Of a DNA stretch of 48,315 nt, positions 21,101 through 28,819 are shown piece after piece (position 1 is the first letter of the stretch; every line of letters begins with the position of its first letter). The translations under genes and the position numbers were made by a program. The stretch lies in sequence record OR466728.1. The stretch is one strand, 5' to 3'. This DNA is from Escherichia phage ES. Under the pieces are notes generated by a model. That model saw nothing but the letters and a program-made list of their open reading frames with translations, was not told the DNA's origin and searched no databases.

Positions 21101-21534
21101 GGGTTGAGTACAATTCAGGGATGAGCATGGAACTAACCGGATCTGGTGGCAATGTTCGCAGTCAGGTCATATTTGATGCTAACAGGTTCGCAATCAGTAA
21201 TGGGGTTAGTTCTGGCTCCGGTCAGTGGTCATTGCCTTTCGTGGTTGAGAATAATCAGGTATTCATTCAAAGCGCAGTGATTCAGGATGGTTCAATCACT
21301 AACGCGAAGATTGGTAACCGGATTCAATCTAATAACTACGTGGCTGGTTCTCAGGGTTGGGCCATTGATAAGTCAGGCAGTGCGGAACTTAACAATGCAA
21401 CTGTAAGGGGTAGTCTGTACGCAAGTAACGGCAACTTTGCGTTTAACGGAACCAACAACACTGTTCAGATTAACAATAATGGAATTACAGTTAATTTACC
21501 GAATGGTGGAAGGGTTGTAGTTGGAGTGTGGTAA
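18109..21534 (+). CDS. J: host specificity protein J (central tail fibre / tip attachment)
   Basis: 1141 aa; segments such as VPTNYNPETRTYSGTWNGTFKMAYSNNPAWVLYDLVTNQRYG match recalled lambda J; start could be ATG 18148. Confidence 0.9.
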   Translation: MAQMVKTNTELCDMAQDIKIYGSKGGSQKQRQPVEQPDNLVSVNKVKVLLAVADGEVDSSFSLRDLYLADVPVQNADGTLNYEGVTAEFRPGTQDQDYIPGLDGANSEVQVSREITNSTPYIIAVNNSQLSAIRVKLFWPRLISQESNGDLNGTTCEYAIDLSVDGATYTEYTRGVANGKTTSGYDRSIRVNLPAEFSSALVRIRKITADSESSTLVNDMQITTYQEVIDAKFRYPLTALVYVEFSSDLFPNGIPTISIKKKWKLIRVPTNYNPETRTYSGTWNGTFKMAYSNNPAWVLYDLVTNQRYGLDQRELGITIDKWGLYEAAQFCDQMVPDGKGGVEPRYLCDVVIQQKVEAYQVIRDICSIFRGLTFYDGEQIGIVVDKPRQPSYVFTNDNVVDGLFNRTFGSDKSLYTVANVQFDDVENSYQQDVEPVFELEATRRFGYNPVDLTAIGCTRRSEANRRGRWLLKTNIRSETISFTTGLEGMIPMIGEVIAVNDQAWSSNYTLNLSGRIESVSGLQVFVPFKIDATAGDRILINKPDGMPEYRTIASVSEDGMTLQLNTAFSFTPQPDTVFAIDKENLALQQYVVTGIQKADSDGDDAFGYSITAVEYDPNKYDEIDYGVNIQDRPSSIVEPDTLLAPENVQVSSYSKVVQGLSVETMVITWDKVQYAKTYTVQWRKENGNWINVPRTANTEVDIEGIYAGIYQVRVRAVSDTENVSAWSDIVSASLTGKIGTPSEPTVITASDDEIFGIRVKWGFPENSADTSYTELQQVADNGDGTYSPENASLLTLVPYPGYEYWHTTLPAGKVIWYRARLIDKIGNVSPWTDFVRGMASDDVSSIIGDIKVDIENSDGFKYLQQNAIESNGAIQAQAESIIENALANDGDVRRMTKENGKRKAEFVQAVNLIADEERARVEALTQLKAQIDDEIVASLTRIDTALAEETQARTTADTALSARLGENEAALNEKLDTYVTADSIGAQYGIKLGLTYNGVEYNSGMSMELTGSGGNVRSQVIFDANRFAISNGVSSGSGQWSLPFVVENNQVFIQSAVIQDGSITNAKIGNRIQSNNYVAGSQGWAIDKSGSAELNNATVRGSLYASNGNFAFNGTNNTVQINNNGITVNLPNGGRVVVGVW

Positions 21535-21541
21535 ATGATTA

Positions 21542-21566
21542 GGCCCCTTTCGGGGCCTTTTCTTTT
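21542..21566. terminator. bidirectional terminator between convergent J and minus-strand genes
   Basis: GGCCCC/GGGGCC stem, TTTC loop, T-rich on plus strand. Confidence 0.55.
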
Positions 21567-22527
21567 AGTAGAAGTTTGGTATGAATGGTAGAGCCATTGA
21601 TATGTTTGTGTCGAATGGGAATTGGGCTCCCGTCTGCGTTGAGTAGTTCCCTATCACAGTGCCTGGAACTGCCCTTACGGCACCACCAGACATGCATATT
21701 CCCTTGTACCTTAAGTTGTTATACCCTCCAGTAACTCTTGTTGTAGCGCCGCACCTGAGCAGTGGGAAGAACCCTCCATTTATTGACTGGAAACCGTTAG
21801 TCATTTGTATAAAGCCACCAAGCACAAACGGTCGCCTAACGCTGGAAAAGACAATCTGTCCAGAACTATTAGACATTGTGAGTCCTGGGCCAGCTACTGG
21901 AGGGTCATTCCTGAATATCACTAACTGTACGTAAGTACTTGCTGCAACGTCATCTATGCCGCTGTAGTTTATGTTGCGGCACCAAATTGTATTACCGTCG
22001 CTCTCCAGAGAAACGTTTGGGTTATCCCATTTACCAAATGGAATCCCACTGACTGGTAGTGAGGCGGCGCCGTTAACCTGTATTCCACCAACCCATGCCG
22101 CAGACATTAACCGCGAATTGCTTGAAATTGCCAAAAAGTCAGTTGAGTTCTCAACCAGTATTCCTGGGCTTGATGAAGACGAGGCTGGGAGTATTTCAAA
22201 GCAATTTCCAGCAAAGTCAATTATACGACCTCTTGCGCCATTGAAGTCACTAAGCGTTATCCTGCCAGTTCCGTCATTTACCTTCTGGAACCCGTTCATA
22301 TAATAAACTTCAGGTACAACATCATAAGCGTCAACGTGCACAGCCTTTGTTGGAAGGCAGAATGCTGTTGATCCTGGGGACATGGTTAAACCAAAATCCC
22401 ATGATGATGCTGGCGTCGAAAGTCCATTGGTATTTATTGAGCCAGTCACAGCGGGCGCTCTTAATCCTGCCGTTATTTCCATAGGTGGCCTTCCGTCGTT
22501 GAGGTCTATCAATATACCCTGTGGCAT
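21565..22527 (-). CDS. hypothetical Gly/Asn/Ser-rich protein; candidate receptor-binding protein
   Basis: 320 aa from ATG 22527 (RBS AAGGAG); TAATG coupling with the upstream lipoprotein gene; function inferred. Confidence 0.35.
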   Translation of the reverse strand: MPQGILIDLNDGRPPMEITAGLRAPAVTGSINTNGLSTPASSWDFGLTMSPGSTAFCLPTKAVHVDAYDVVPEVYYMNGFQKVNDGTGRITLSDFNGARGRIIDFAGNCFEILPASSSSSPGILVENSTDFLAISSNSRLMSAAWVGGIQVNGAASLPVSGIPFGKWDNPNVSLESDGNTIWCRNINYSGIDDVAASTYVQLVIFRNDPPVAGPGLTMSNSSGQIVFSSVRRPFVLGGFIQMTNGFQSINGGFFPLLRCGATTRVTGGYNNLRYKGICMSGGAVRAVPGTVIGNYSTQTGAQFPFDTNISMALPFIPNFY

Positions 22528-22772
22528 TATTTCCACTCCTTAGACCCGTGATCTGCAACTGAACCGCCATAACCTCCACCAGCCTTGCTCTCAATACCAG
22601 CGTAGCGCACATCAACTTCACCAGCCGGTACAATCACGCCACCTTTCCATTTAGCCACGCATACACCGTTTGCTTTCGTTGCACACCATCCGTCAGGACG
22701 CGGAGCAGAAGAGCAACCCACCATTATGATTGCTGCTGCTGCGATGATTGAAAGTTTGATTAAGTTAGTCAT
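22527..22772 (-). CDS. lipoprotein, candidate superinfection-exclusion (Llp/Cor-like)
   Basis: 81 aa from ATG 22772 (RBS AAGGAA); signal peptide with lipobox IMVGC; small Cys-containing mature protein. Confidence 0.5.
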   Translation of the reverse strand: MTNLIKLSIIAAAAIIMVGCSSAPRPDGWCATKANGVCVAKWKGGVIVPAGEVDVRYAGIESKAGGGYGGSVADHGSKEWK

Positions 22773-22833
22773 TTTCGTATTCCTTGTGAGGTTCGTTTCG
22801 ATGGAGTAATCATACATCATCTATAATCTTTGT

Positions 22834-22851
22834 CTTTAGCAATTCGTGCTA
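22834..22851 (-). promoter_or_regulatory. dyad box copy 4 (minus strand TAGCACGAATTGCTAAAG)
   Basis: on minus strand followed by TATGAT at about 22 nt and CATCGAAAC; 62 nt upstream of lipoprotein ATG. Confidence 0.5.
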
Positions 22852-22910
22852 TTGGTTACGCGTAACCGATGTAACTCGATGTATACCATATGCATCCGCG
22901 GGAAATCGTA

Positions 22911-23000
22911 TACACCTATTTACGCCTCGATACGCCATAGTTACATTAAAATATCTATATATATCAACCCTTTACTCTTATTATTATTATTATATATATT
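22911..23000. repeat. control-region repeat block 1 (copy A) with (TA)n/(TTA)n microsatellite
   Basis: about 80% identical to 43029-43121 by eye, including ATATCTATATATATCAACC..TTTACT..ATTATTATTATTAT. Confidence 0.6.
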
Positions 23001-23143
23001 ACTGTGTATATCATGTAACTACTATTCTGTAGTGTTCCGGTTATAATTTTTATATCATGTGATTTTATACAGTATTGCGAGGCACCCATACCTATGCACC
23101 ATCCGCCAAGATCGGTATACACGATATACGCACCATTTACATT

Positions 23144-23197
23144 GAGCTATAGCTGGGCTCAGGCAGTGAAAAACGTAACCAATAGAAATGTCTACAC
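23144..23197. repeat. control-region repeat block 2 (copy A)
   Basis: AGCTATAGCTGGGCT...AAAACGTAACCAAT matches 43256-43308. Confidence 0.6.
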
Positions 23198-23317
23198 GTA
23201 GTTACGGATTTATACGCGTATACTTGATTAATTAATCGGTGATACCAATTGGACTGTGTGTCTTGCGTGCGGCATCATTACATCATCGAAATCACGCAAC
23301 CAAAGAGAGATAAAGAA

Positions 23318-23512
23318 ATGCCATACTTCATCATCAAAGAGAAAAACAACGCACTGTTCGACGACTGCTACTTTGGTGGCCCGGCTGGATACACAATTCA
23401 TAAATCTGAAGCCGATCGATTCGAGACTAAGGAAGAAGCTAAGTCTATTCTGACCGGATATTTCACTGAGGAAGATTTGAAAGCCGTTAAGATTGTTAAA
23501 GTTAAGGATTGA
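23318..23512 (+). CDS. hypothetical protein
   Basis: 64 aa from ATG 23318, RBS AAAGAGAGA, preceded by CATCGAAAT element. Confidence 0.5.
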   Translation: MPYFIIKEKNNALFDDCYFGGPAGYTIHKSEADRFETKEEAKSILTGYFTEEDLKAVKIVKVKD

Positions 23513-23515
23513 ATC

Positions 23516-24487
23516 ATGACATTCAAAGTTTATTTAAATAACGAACTTAGCAACGAAGCCTATCACGAAGAGCAGGACCACATCTCTGGCTCTTCACTGG
23601 CTGAGATTCTTGCTACCTCACCAGCTAAATGGAAGTTTAAGCAGCGCAATAACTCTAGCGCAGCACTTAAGTTTGGCACACTAAGTCACTGCATGATGCT
23701 AGAGCGCGAGGTGTTTGACTCAACATACATGCGAGCTACTGACTTTGACGAAGTGGAAGGATTGATTACTAGCCAAACGGCTTTATCCGCAGCGCTTAAA
23801 AAAGTTGGAGTTTCAGGCACGTCAGGGAAGGGTTATAACGAGCTTGTAGAGATGATGTATAAGTGTGGTGAGGATTGGCCTGTTAAATGGTTAATTGAGC
23901 AGCAGGAGAGCGCTCATGCGCTAATTAGTGGCAAAGAGCTAGTTGCTGCGAAAGATTACGATAAAGTAATTCAAATGCGAGAGGTTCTAACTAATATTCC
24001 GGCATATGATTCGGTAATTAATTCACCATCAGCGCAGAAAGAACTATCAATATTTGGTGAGATTCTCGGTTGTGGTGTTAAGGTTCGTCTTGACCATGTG
24101 GATGTTGTTGATGGTATTGTCTACATTACTGACTATAAAACTACGTCAGACGCAAGCCCGAGGGGGTTTGGGAAGTCAGCTTATGACCATGGATACCTGT
24201 GCAAGATGGCACTTCAGCGAGATCTGTTTGTGAAAGCCTTTAATGAGAAACGTAAGGTTGTAGTTCGCCTTCTGGCGCAGGAGAAAACAGAGCCTTACTT
24301 ACCAATGAGCTACACTCTTACGGATGAACAGCTTAGAATTGGACGTTTACAATATTGTGAGGCACTGTCAATTTACAAGAATTGCAAGGAAACAAACATG
24401 TGGCCCGGATACTCAAACGGAGCAACGGAACAGGAGTTAATGATACCTGAATGGGTAATTAACAGTTATAAGGATATTATAAAGTGA
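23516..24487 (+). CDS. PD-(D/E)XK (RecB-family) exonuclease, recombination partner
   Basis: 323 aa; nuclease motif ...D...VYITDYKTT; located just upstream of Erf and SSB. Confidence 0.55.
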   Translation: MTFKVYLNNELSNEAYHEEQDHISGSSLAEILATSPAKWKFKQRNNSSAALKFGTLSHCMMLEREVFDSTYMRATDFDEVEGLITSQTALSAALKKVGVSGTSGKGYNELVEMMYKCGEDWPVKWLIEQQESAHALISGKELVAAKDYDKVIQMREVLTNIPAYDSVINSPSAQKELSIFGEILGCGVKVRLDHVDVVDGIVYITDYKTTSDASPRGFGKSAYDHGYLCKMALQRDLFVKAFNEKRKVVVRLLAQEKTEPYLPMSYTLTDEQLRIGRLQYCEALSIYKNCKETNMWPGYSNGATEQELMIPEWVINSYKDIIK

Positions 24488-24968
24488 TTGATAAATTTAA
24501 TGATATCTTTAGATATGATGGTGAAAAGCTGTACTATAAAAACTGGGTAAACGGTAGAAGTAAGTCTCTTGGACTAGAGGCTGGTAGCAAACAGAATGGT
24601 TACTTGAAAGTTACAATTGGCGGCAGAAATTATAAAGTTCATAGAATTATATGGGAAATGGTTAATGGTGAAATACCTGATGGAATGGAATAGATCACAT
24701 AAATCACGTAAAGGATGATAATAGGATTGAGAATCTAAGGCTGGTAACTCACAAGGAAAACTCAAGAAATAGGAAAAAGAGGTCAGATAACTCTTCAGCA
24801 ACACAGGGCGTTTCTCTGCATAAGATTACAAGGAAGTGGCAATCTTATTGCTCTGATAATGATGGAAAAATTATGTACCTTGGATTATTTGAGGATATTA
24901 ATGATGCTATTGATGCTAGGGTTAAGTTCGCCTCACAATGTGACTTCCATGAGAATCATGGTAAATAG
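24484..24968 (+). pseudogene. HNH endonuclease, frameshifted (1-nt deficit near 24689-24691)
   Basis: N-part VHRIIWEMVNGEIPDGME in frame 1 and C-part IDHINHVKDDNRIENLRLVTHKENSRN in frame 0; paralogue of intact 41210-41707. Confidence 0.6.
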
Positions 24969-24983
24969 CAATAATTGCTAAAG
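24966..24983 (+). promoter_or_regulatory. dyad box copy 5 (TAGCAATAATTGCTAAAG)
   Basis: TAG is the stop of the HNH C-terminal frame; TATCAT about 22 nt downstream; ATG of 25039 is 73 nt downstream. Confidence 0.45.
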
Positions 24984-25038
24984 ACAAATCTTATAGGTGG
25001 GGTATCATTACCCCATAGAAACTAAAGAGAGATAGGTA

Positions 25039-25689
25039 ATGAAAACTTCAGAACAAAACAAGCAGGTATTGAAAGCGTTATTTGAGGCTAAATCAAAGTT
25101 TGCAAAGGCTGAAAAGTCAAAGCAGAACTCGCACCTCAAGAACAAGTACGCGACCCTTGAAGACGTTTTGGCGGCTGTAGAGCCAGGACTCGCAGATAGC
25201 GGCCTTGTCATGTTTCAAGGCATGATTGATGATGAAGCCACAACTAGAATTAAGGTTGAAACAACTGTCTATCATGCAGAATCTGGAGAGTGGGTCAGCT
25301 TCCTGACAATCGTCCCAATCAGCAAGCAAGATGCTCAAGGTTATGGGTCATCACTTACATACGCTCGCCGTTACGCAATCACAGCGGCGTTAGGTTTAAG
25401 CCAGGCAGATGATGATGGTCAGTTAGCAGTTAAAGGCATCAACTCATTTAAGAAAGATTTAGCTAAGTGCAACACTCTTGATGACCTGCGAGATGTATAC
25501 AAAGAAGCTAAGCAGTCTCTTGATTCAGCTGGTTGGCTGGTGATTGAACCTCACATTATTGAGCGTAAGGCAGAGATTCAGGCTAATGCAACTAACGGCT
25601 TCAATCCTGCAAAACCTAAACAGGTTGCACAAAAGTCTGTTCAAGAAGAAAAAGTTGAAGTACAATCTCAAGAAATCGACACATTCTAA
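25039..25689 (+). CDS. erf: Erf-family single-strand annealing protein
   Basis: 216 aa; GYGSSLTYARRYAITAALGL core resembles the Erf signature; sits between exonuclease and SSB. Confidence 0.7.
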   Translation: MKTSEQNKQVLKALFEAKSKFAKAEKSKQNSHLKNKYATLEDVLAAVEPGLADSGLVMFQGMIDDEATTRIKVETTVYHAESGEWVSFLTIVPISKQDAQGYGSSLTYARRYAITAALGLSQADDDGQLAVKGINSFKKDLAKCNTLDDLRDVYKEAKQSLDSAGWLVIEPHIIERKAEIQANATNGFNPAKPKQVAQKSVQEEKVEVQSQEIDTF

Positions 25690-25729
25690 TTTAACGGGGC
25701 TGCGGCCCCAACATTAAGAGAGAAAGAAA

Positions 25730-26167
25730 ATGAGTCATGTAATTACTGGTGTTATCCGTCGCGCTCCGTTCACCAAAGAAGGTCAGAATGCTAACGGAAC
25801 CTGGAAAATGTATGCAGTTGATTTAAGCGAGCGCTACAAGGACAAGGATGGTCAGGTACATTACAGTAACTATCGAGCTGTCTTCTTCGCAAAAGAATCA
25901 ATGCTTGCATGGTACGATGAGGCTTTTCAGGAAGGAAAAATTGTTAGCGTAAGCTGCGAAACTCTTGCTGTAGATGTTCGTGATAAAGATGGTAAGACGT
26001 ATGTAACCATTAACATGAACAACCCGCGACTTGAGTTTAGTCAGCGCGGTGATGGTATTCAGCAACAACAGCGCCAGCAGCCACAGCAGCAACAAAGCCA
26101 ACAACCACAGCAGAACCATCAGCAACCTAAGCAGCAGCAGAACTTCGACGATGACATCCCATTCTGA
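25730..26167 (+). CDS. ssb: single-stranded DNA-binding protein
   Basis: 145 aa, Gln/Pro-rich linker and C-terminal acidic tail ending DDDIPF, as in bacterial SSB. Confidence 0.8.
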   Translation: MSHVITGVIRRAPFTKEGQNANGTWKMYAVDLSERYKDKDGQVHYSNYRAVFFAKESMLAWYDEAFQEGKIVSVSCETLAVDVRDKDGKTYVTINMNNPRLEFSQRGDGIQQQQRQQPQQQQSQQPQQNHQQPKQQQNFDDDIPF

Positions 26168-26176
26168 TAAAAGATA

Positions 26177-26199
26177 AAGCCCCTTTCGGGGCTTTTTTT
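26177..26199. terminator. bidirectional terminator
   Basis: AAGCCCC/GGGGCTT stem flanked by A-run upstream and T-run downstream, between convergent genes. Confidence 0.6.
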
Positions 26200-28732
26200 A
26201 TGCGAGAGAAACTCTTGAATTTGCAAATATCATGGCATCCCTTTGGTTATCAAACTGCACAACAAAGTAATCAGCAAGACTTAACACCATACCAGTTAGT
26301 CCATCAAGGTTGATATGCAGGTTTGCAGTGCCAGATACTGAAGCCTGAGCAACTCCAAATGTATGAACCCACTTACCGCCCTCAGTGAACACTTTCCCTA
26401 AAGATGCAGTACCAAAAATACTGATAGCACCATCTGCACCACCTTGAATCCTGTTTGCAGAGATACCCCAAACGTACCATTTGCCGGAAGTTATATTAAA
26501 GCCACCATTTATCAATTCGTACTGAGCCGCACCAGCCAATTCGTAGTATCCAGATGATTGCGAGTGTATACCCCTTGTATCAGAACCTTCACTTGCCGAC
26601 CCTGTTCCACCAAAGTTGTTCCCACCAGTACCAAAAGGCCTCCTGACTAAAACAGTTCCGGAATCGGGATTAAAAACTCGACCCTTAGTAACATATCCTC
26701 TAACAGATAAGTCAGATGTACCCGTTATCTTGGCTGTCTGTGATACCAGTGACTCAACTATAACGTTTGATGTTGAAGAGCCATTCAGGTATGCATCCTT
26801 AGCAAAAATAATACTGTTCGAATCAAGAGAGAAACTTTGATGCCCATCAGCGTTATCAAACCTGCAACCGTAAGTAACAAGGTTTGAGTTAGACAACTCA
26901 ATGTTATTAATGTAGGAGTGCTCAGCAAAGAAAACAGACGTATCAATAAGCTTCAAAACCCTTGGTAGCTCAGCACCCTCACCTACGTTAATTGCCCCAC
27001 CAGTCGCTATTGCTTCAAACCATACATTTGACAAACCACAAGGCGAGGTCGGGCAATCTCCAGGTTTATTCTTTAACCTTATACCACCTCCAGCAGAGGC
27101 CTCCATTATTGAATCCCTAATCCACCATCCACCAATCCCTCCAGCACCAGGGTTAGTTGCACTACTTGTGCTTGTCGCATCTAGCATTACTGAATATTGA
27201 GAGATTGTATCTGAGTGGTACCCGTATAAAGTGTCCGCTCCTATATGCATTTCGTCATGAGCTTTGGCTCGATACCCGTAATTCGCATTTCTAATACTTA
27301 CGTTTCTGTAGGTATTTCCAATGTTGCCAGCATTTTTCCTTATACCAACATCCAGGTCATTGAAGTAAAGCCTATCCAATACAACCCTTCCAGCATAAGG
27401 GTCATCCGGGAATTGAAAGCCGTTATTACCTTGTATTGCAGTACCTGTAAACTGCAAATCCGATAAATGCTTTTGCCTCCAGTGCGGAACCGATAGCGTT
27501 GAGGTGAGTCCGGTTTCAAAAGGTTTAACACTTATTACGGTATTATATCCAGAGCCTGATATGTTCCTGCCAGCAAAGGAGTAGTTATTACTCTCATAAG
27601 TTCCCGGGCTTATAACTACCGACCCGCCATCGCCAGCGGCTTCTATTGCTGAAGATATTGAGCCGCTATAGCTTGATGTGCTTTTTGAATCTGTATTTAA
27701 AATTGATGACACCTCACCCTTTGAGTAAACATCAAGGTTGGTTCTTGCCACGGACTTATCTGCAATGTCTGAAAGATTCAATGATTTTTGAAACGTCTCG
27801 GATTTTGAGTAAACATCAAGCAACCCCCTAACCCTTGACGCGCTTGATCCACCAGTTGCAGCATCACCGCCAGGCAAGCTTAGTACTTCCCTTACATAAA
27901 AAACCCTAGATCCAGTCGCACCAGAAATTGTGACATCTGCAATCCTAAAATTTGAGTTTGACCCAGTAGACGGAGATAACCTTAATACTTTAGCCGAATT
28001 AACACCCCTAGTTGCAATAACATCAATACAAATAGGAGTTGTTGAAACCGGAAACATTGAACTAATTTCTTTTGGGGTGTTTAACATATTCCCAGGTGTG
28101 CACTGATAACGACCTCCGGAATAAAATTGCATTGTTTGCCAATCTAAAGAGGTAAGTAATGGCGTTGTCGTGCTACCTATTCCGTGATTAGCAAAGTAAG
28201 CAACAGCCGCTGTATTTCCAGCCGCATTTATTGCTTCAACCGTCCTGTTATATGAATTTTGTGCGTTAGTGCTTGCACCAACTGCGGTCGCTGCACTTTC
28301 AGCAGCAGCAATCTGACTAGCTAACGCCTCCGCAGCTCCGGTAGTTGACTGAGTTGCCAGTTGTTCAAAACGAGGCCAATCAAAAGTATCTTGACCAATA
28401 AATTGCAGTAGACTTTCAATAGAAGTCTCTTTTGACTGGTAGTAACGCAATGTTTCCGCAACATCCTGTGCCAACCCCTGAACAGTAATTCCATCATGAG
28501 CAAGAATTGCGTAACCAGTACCAGCGGGAACAGTTTCAGAACTTGGATTATAAACATTAACCTGAGTATCGCTGATGATTTCAGAGATGGTGTAAATTTT
28601 CAGAGGGCTGGTTTTGAAAATGATAGTAGCACCTACACGAATCAGCGTAAGCGGCGCTTTCCATGTTGTACCGACACCAGTTACCTCTCCATTCGCGGCC
28701 AGTGACGCTGTTCCTAAGTCATAAATTGCCAT
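26198..28732 (-). CDS. tail fibre / tailspike-like protein
   Basis: 844 aa from ATG 28732 (RBS GGAGA; ORF-track start 28762 is GTG); Gly/Ser/Thr/Asn-rich repetitive beta-type composition. Confidence 0.5.
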   Translation of the reverse strand: MAIYDLGTASLAANGEVTGVGTTWKAPLTLIRVGATIIFKTSPLKIYTISEIISDTQVNVYNPSSETVPAGTGYAILAHDGITVQGLAQDVAETLRYYQSKETSIESLLQFIGQDTFDWPRFEQLATQSTTGAAEALASQIAAAESAATAVGASTNAQNSYNRTVEAINAAGNTAAVAYFANHGIGSTTTPLLTSLDWQTMQFYSGGRYQCTPGNMLNTPKEISSMFPVSTTPICIDVIATRGVNSAKVLRLSPSTGSNSNFRIADVTISGATGSRVFYVREVLSLPGGDAATGGSSASRVRGLLDVYSKSETFQKSLNLSDIADKSVARTNLDVYSKGEVSSILNTDSKSTSSYSGSISSAIEAAGDGGSVVISPGTYESNNYSFAGRNISGSGYNTVISVKPFETGLTSTLSVPHWRQKHLSDLQFTGTAIQGNNGFQFPDDPYAGRVVLDRLYFNDLDVGIRKNAGNIGNTYRNVSIRNANYGYRAKAHDEMHIGADTLYGYHSDTISQYSVMLDATSTSSATNPGAGGIGGWWIRDSIMEASAGGGIRLKNKPGDCPTSPCGLSNVWFEAIATGGAINVGEGAELPRVLKLIDTSVFFAEHSYINNIELSNSNLVTYGCRFDNADGHQSFSLDSNSIIFAKDAYLNGSSTSNVIVESLVSQTAKITGTSDLSVRGYVTKGRVFNPDSGTVLVRRPFGTGGNNFGGTGSASEGSDTRGIHSQSSGYYELAGAAQYELINGGFNITSGKWYVWGISANRIQGGADGAISIFGTASLGKVFTEGGKWVHTFGVAQASVSGTANLHINLDGLTGMVLSLADYFVVQFDNQRDAMIFANSRVSLA

Positions 28733-28756
28733 TGTGTAAAGTCTCCATTTGTAAAA

Positions 28757-28774
28757 TAGCACGAATTGCTAAAG
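28757..28774 (+). promoter_or_regulatory. dyad box copy 6, orphan (plus orientation between two minus-strand genes)
   Basis: exact TAGCACGAATTGCTAAAG; no plus-strand gene or good -10 downstream; overlaps 5' leader of the tail fibre gene. Confidence 0.4.
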
Positions 28775-28797
28775 TTGATTGTAGCATCTTTGAGTCA

Positions 28798-28819
28798 TAA
28801 AAAAACCTCCCTTAGGAGG
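28798..28819 (-). terminator. rho-independent terminator (minus strand) after primase
   Basis: CCTCC/GGAGG stem, CTTA loop, 8 A on plus strand (T-run on minus). Confidence 0.55.

Noticed and set aside
12591-21534. Numerous antisense or alternative-frame ORFs inside tape measure, J, tail fibre and other large genes
   Set aside because: They lie wholly within long, well-supported genes on the opposite strand or another frame and lack RBS; typical six-frame noise.
22846-23046. ORF 22846-23046 (66 aa) and ORFs 42785-43030, 42924-43163 inside the AT-rich control regions
   Set aside because: Low-complexity translations of microsatellite DNA (runs of L, I, Y), no RBS, and they overlap conserved non-coding repeat blocks.
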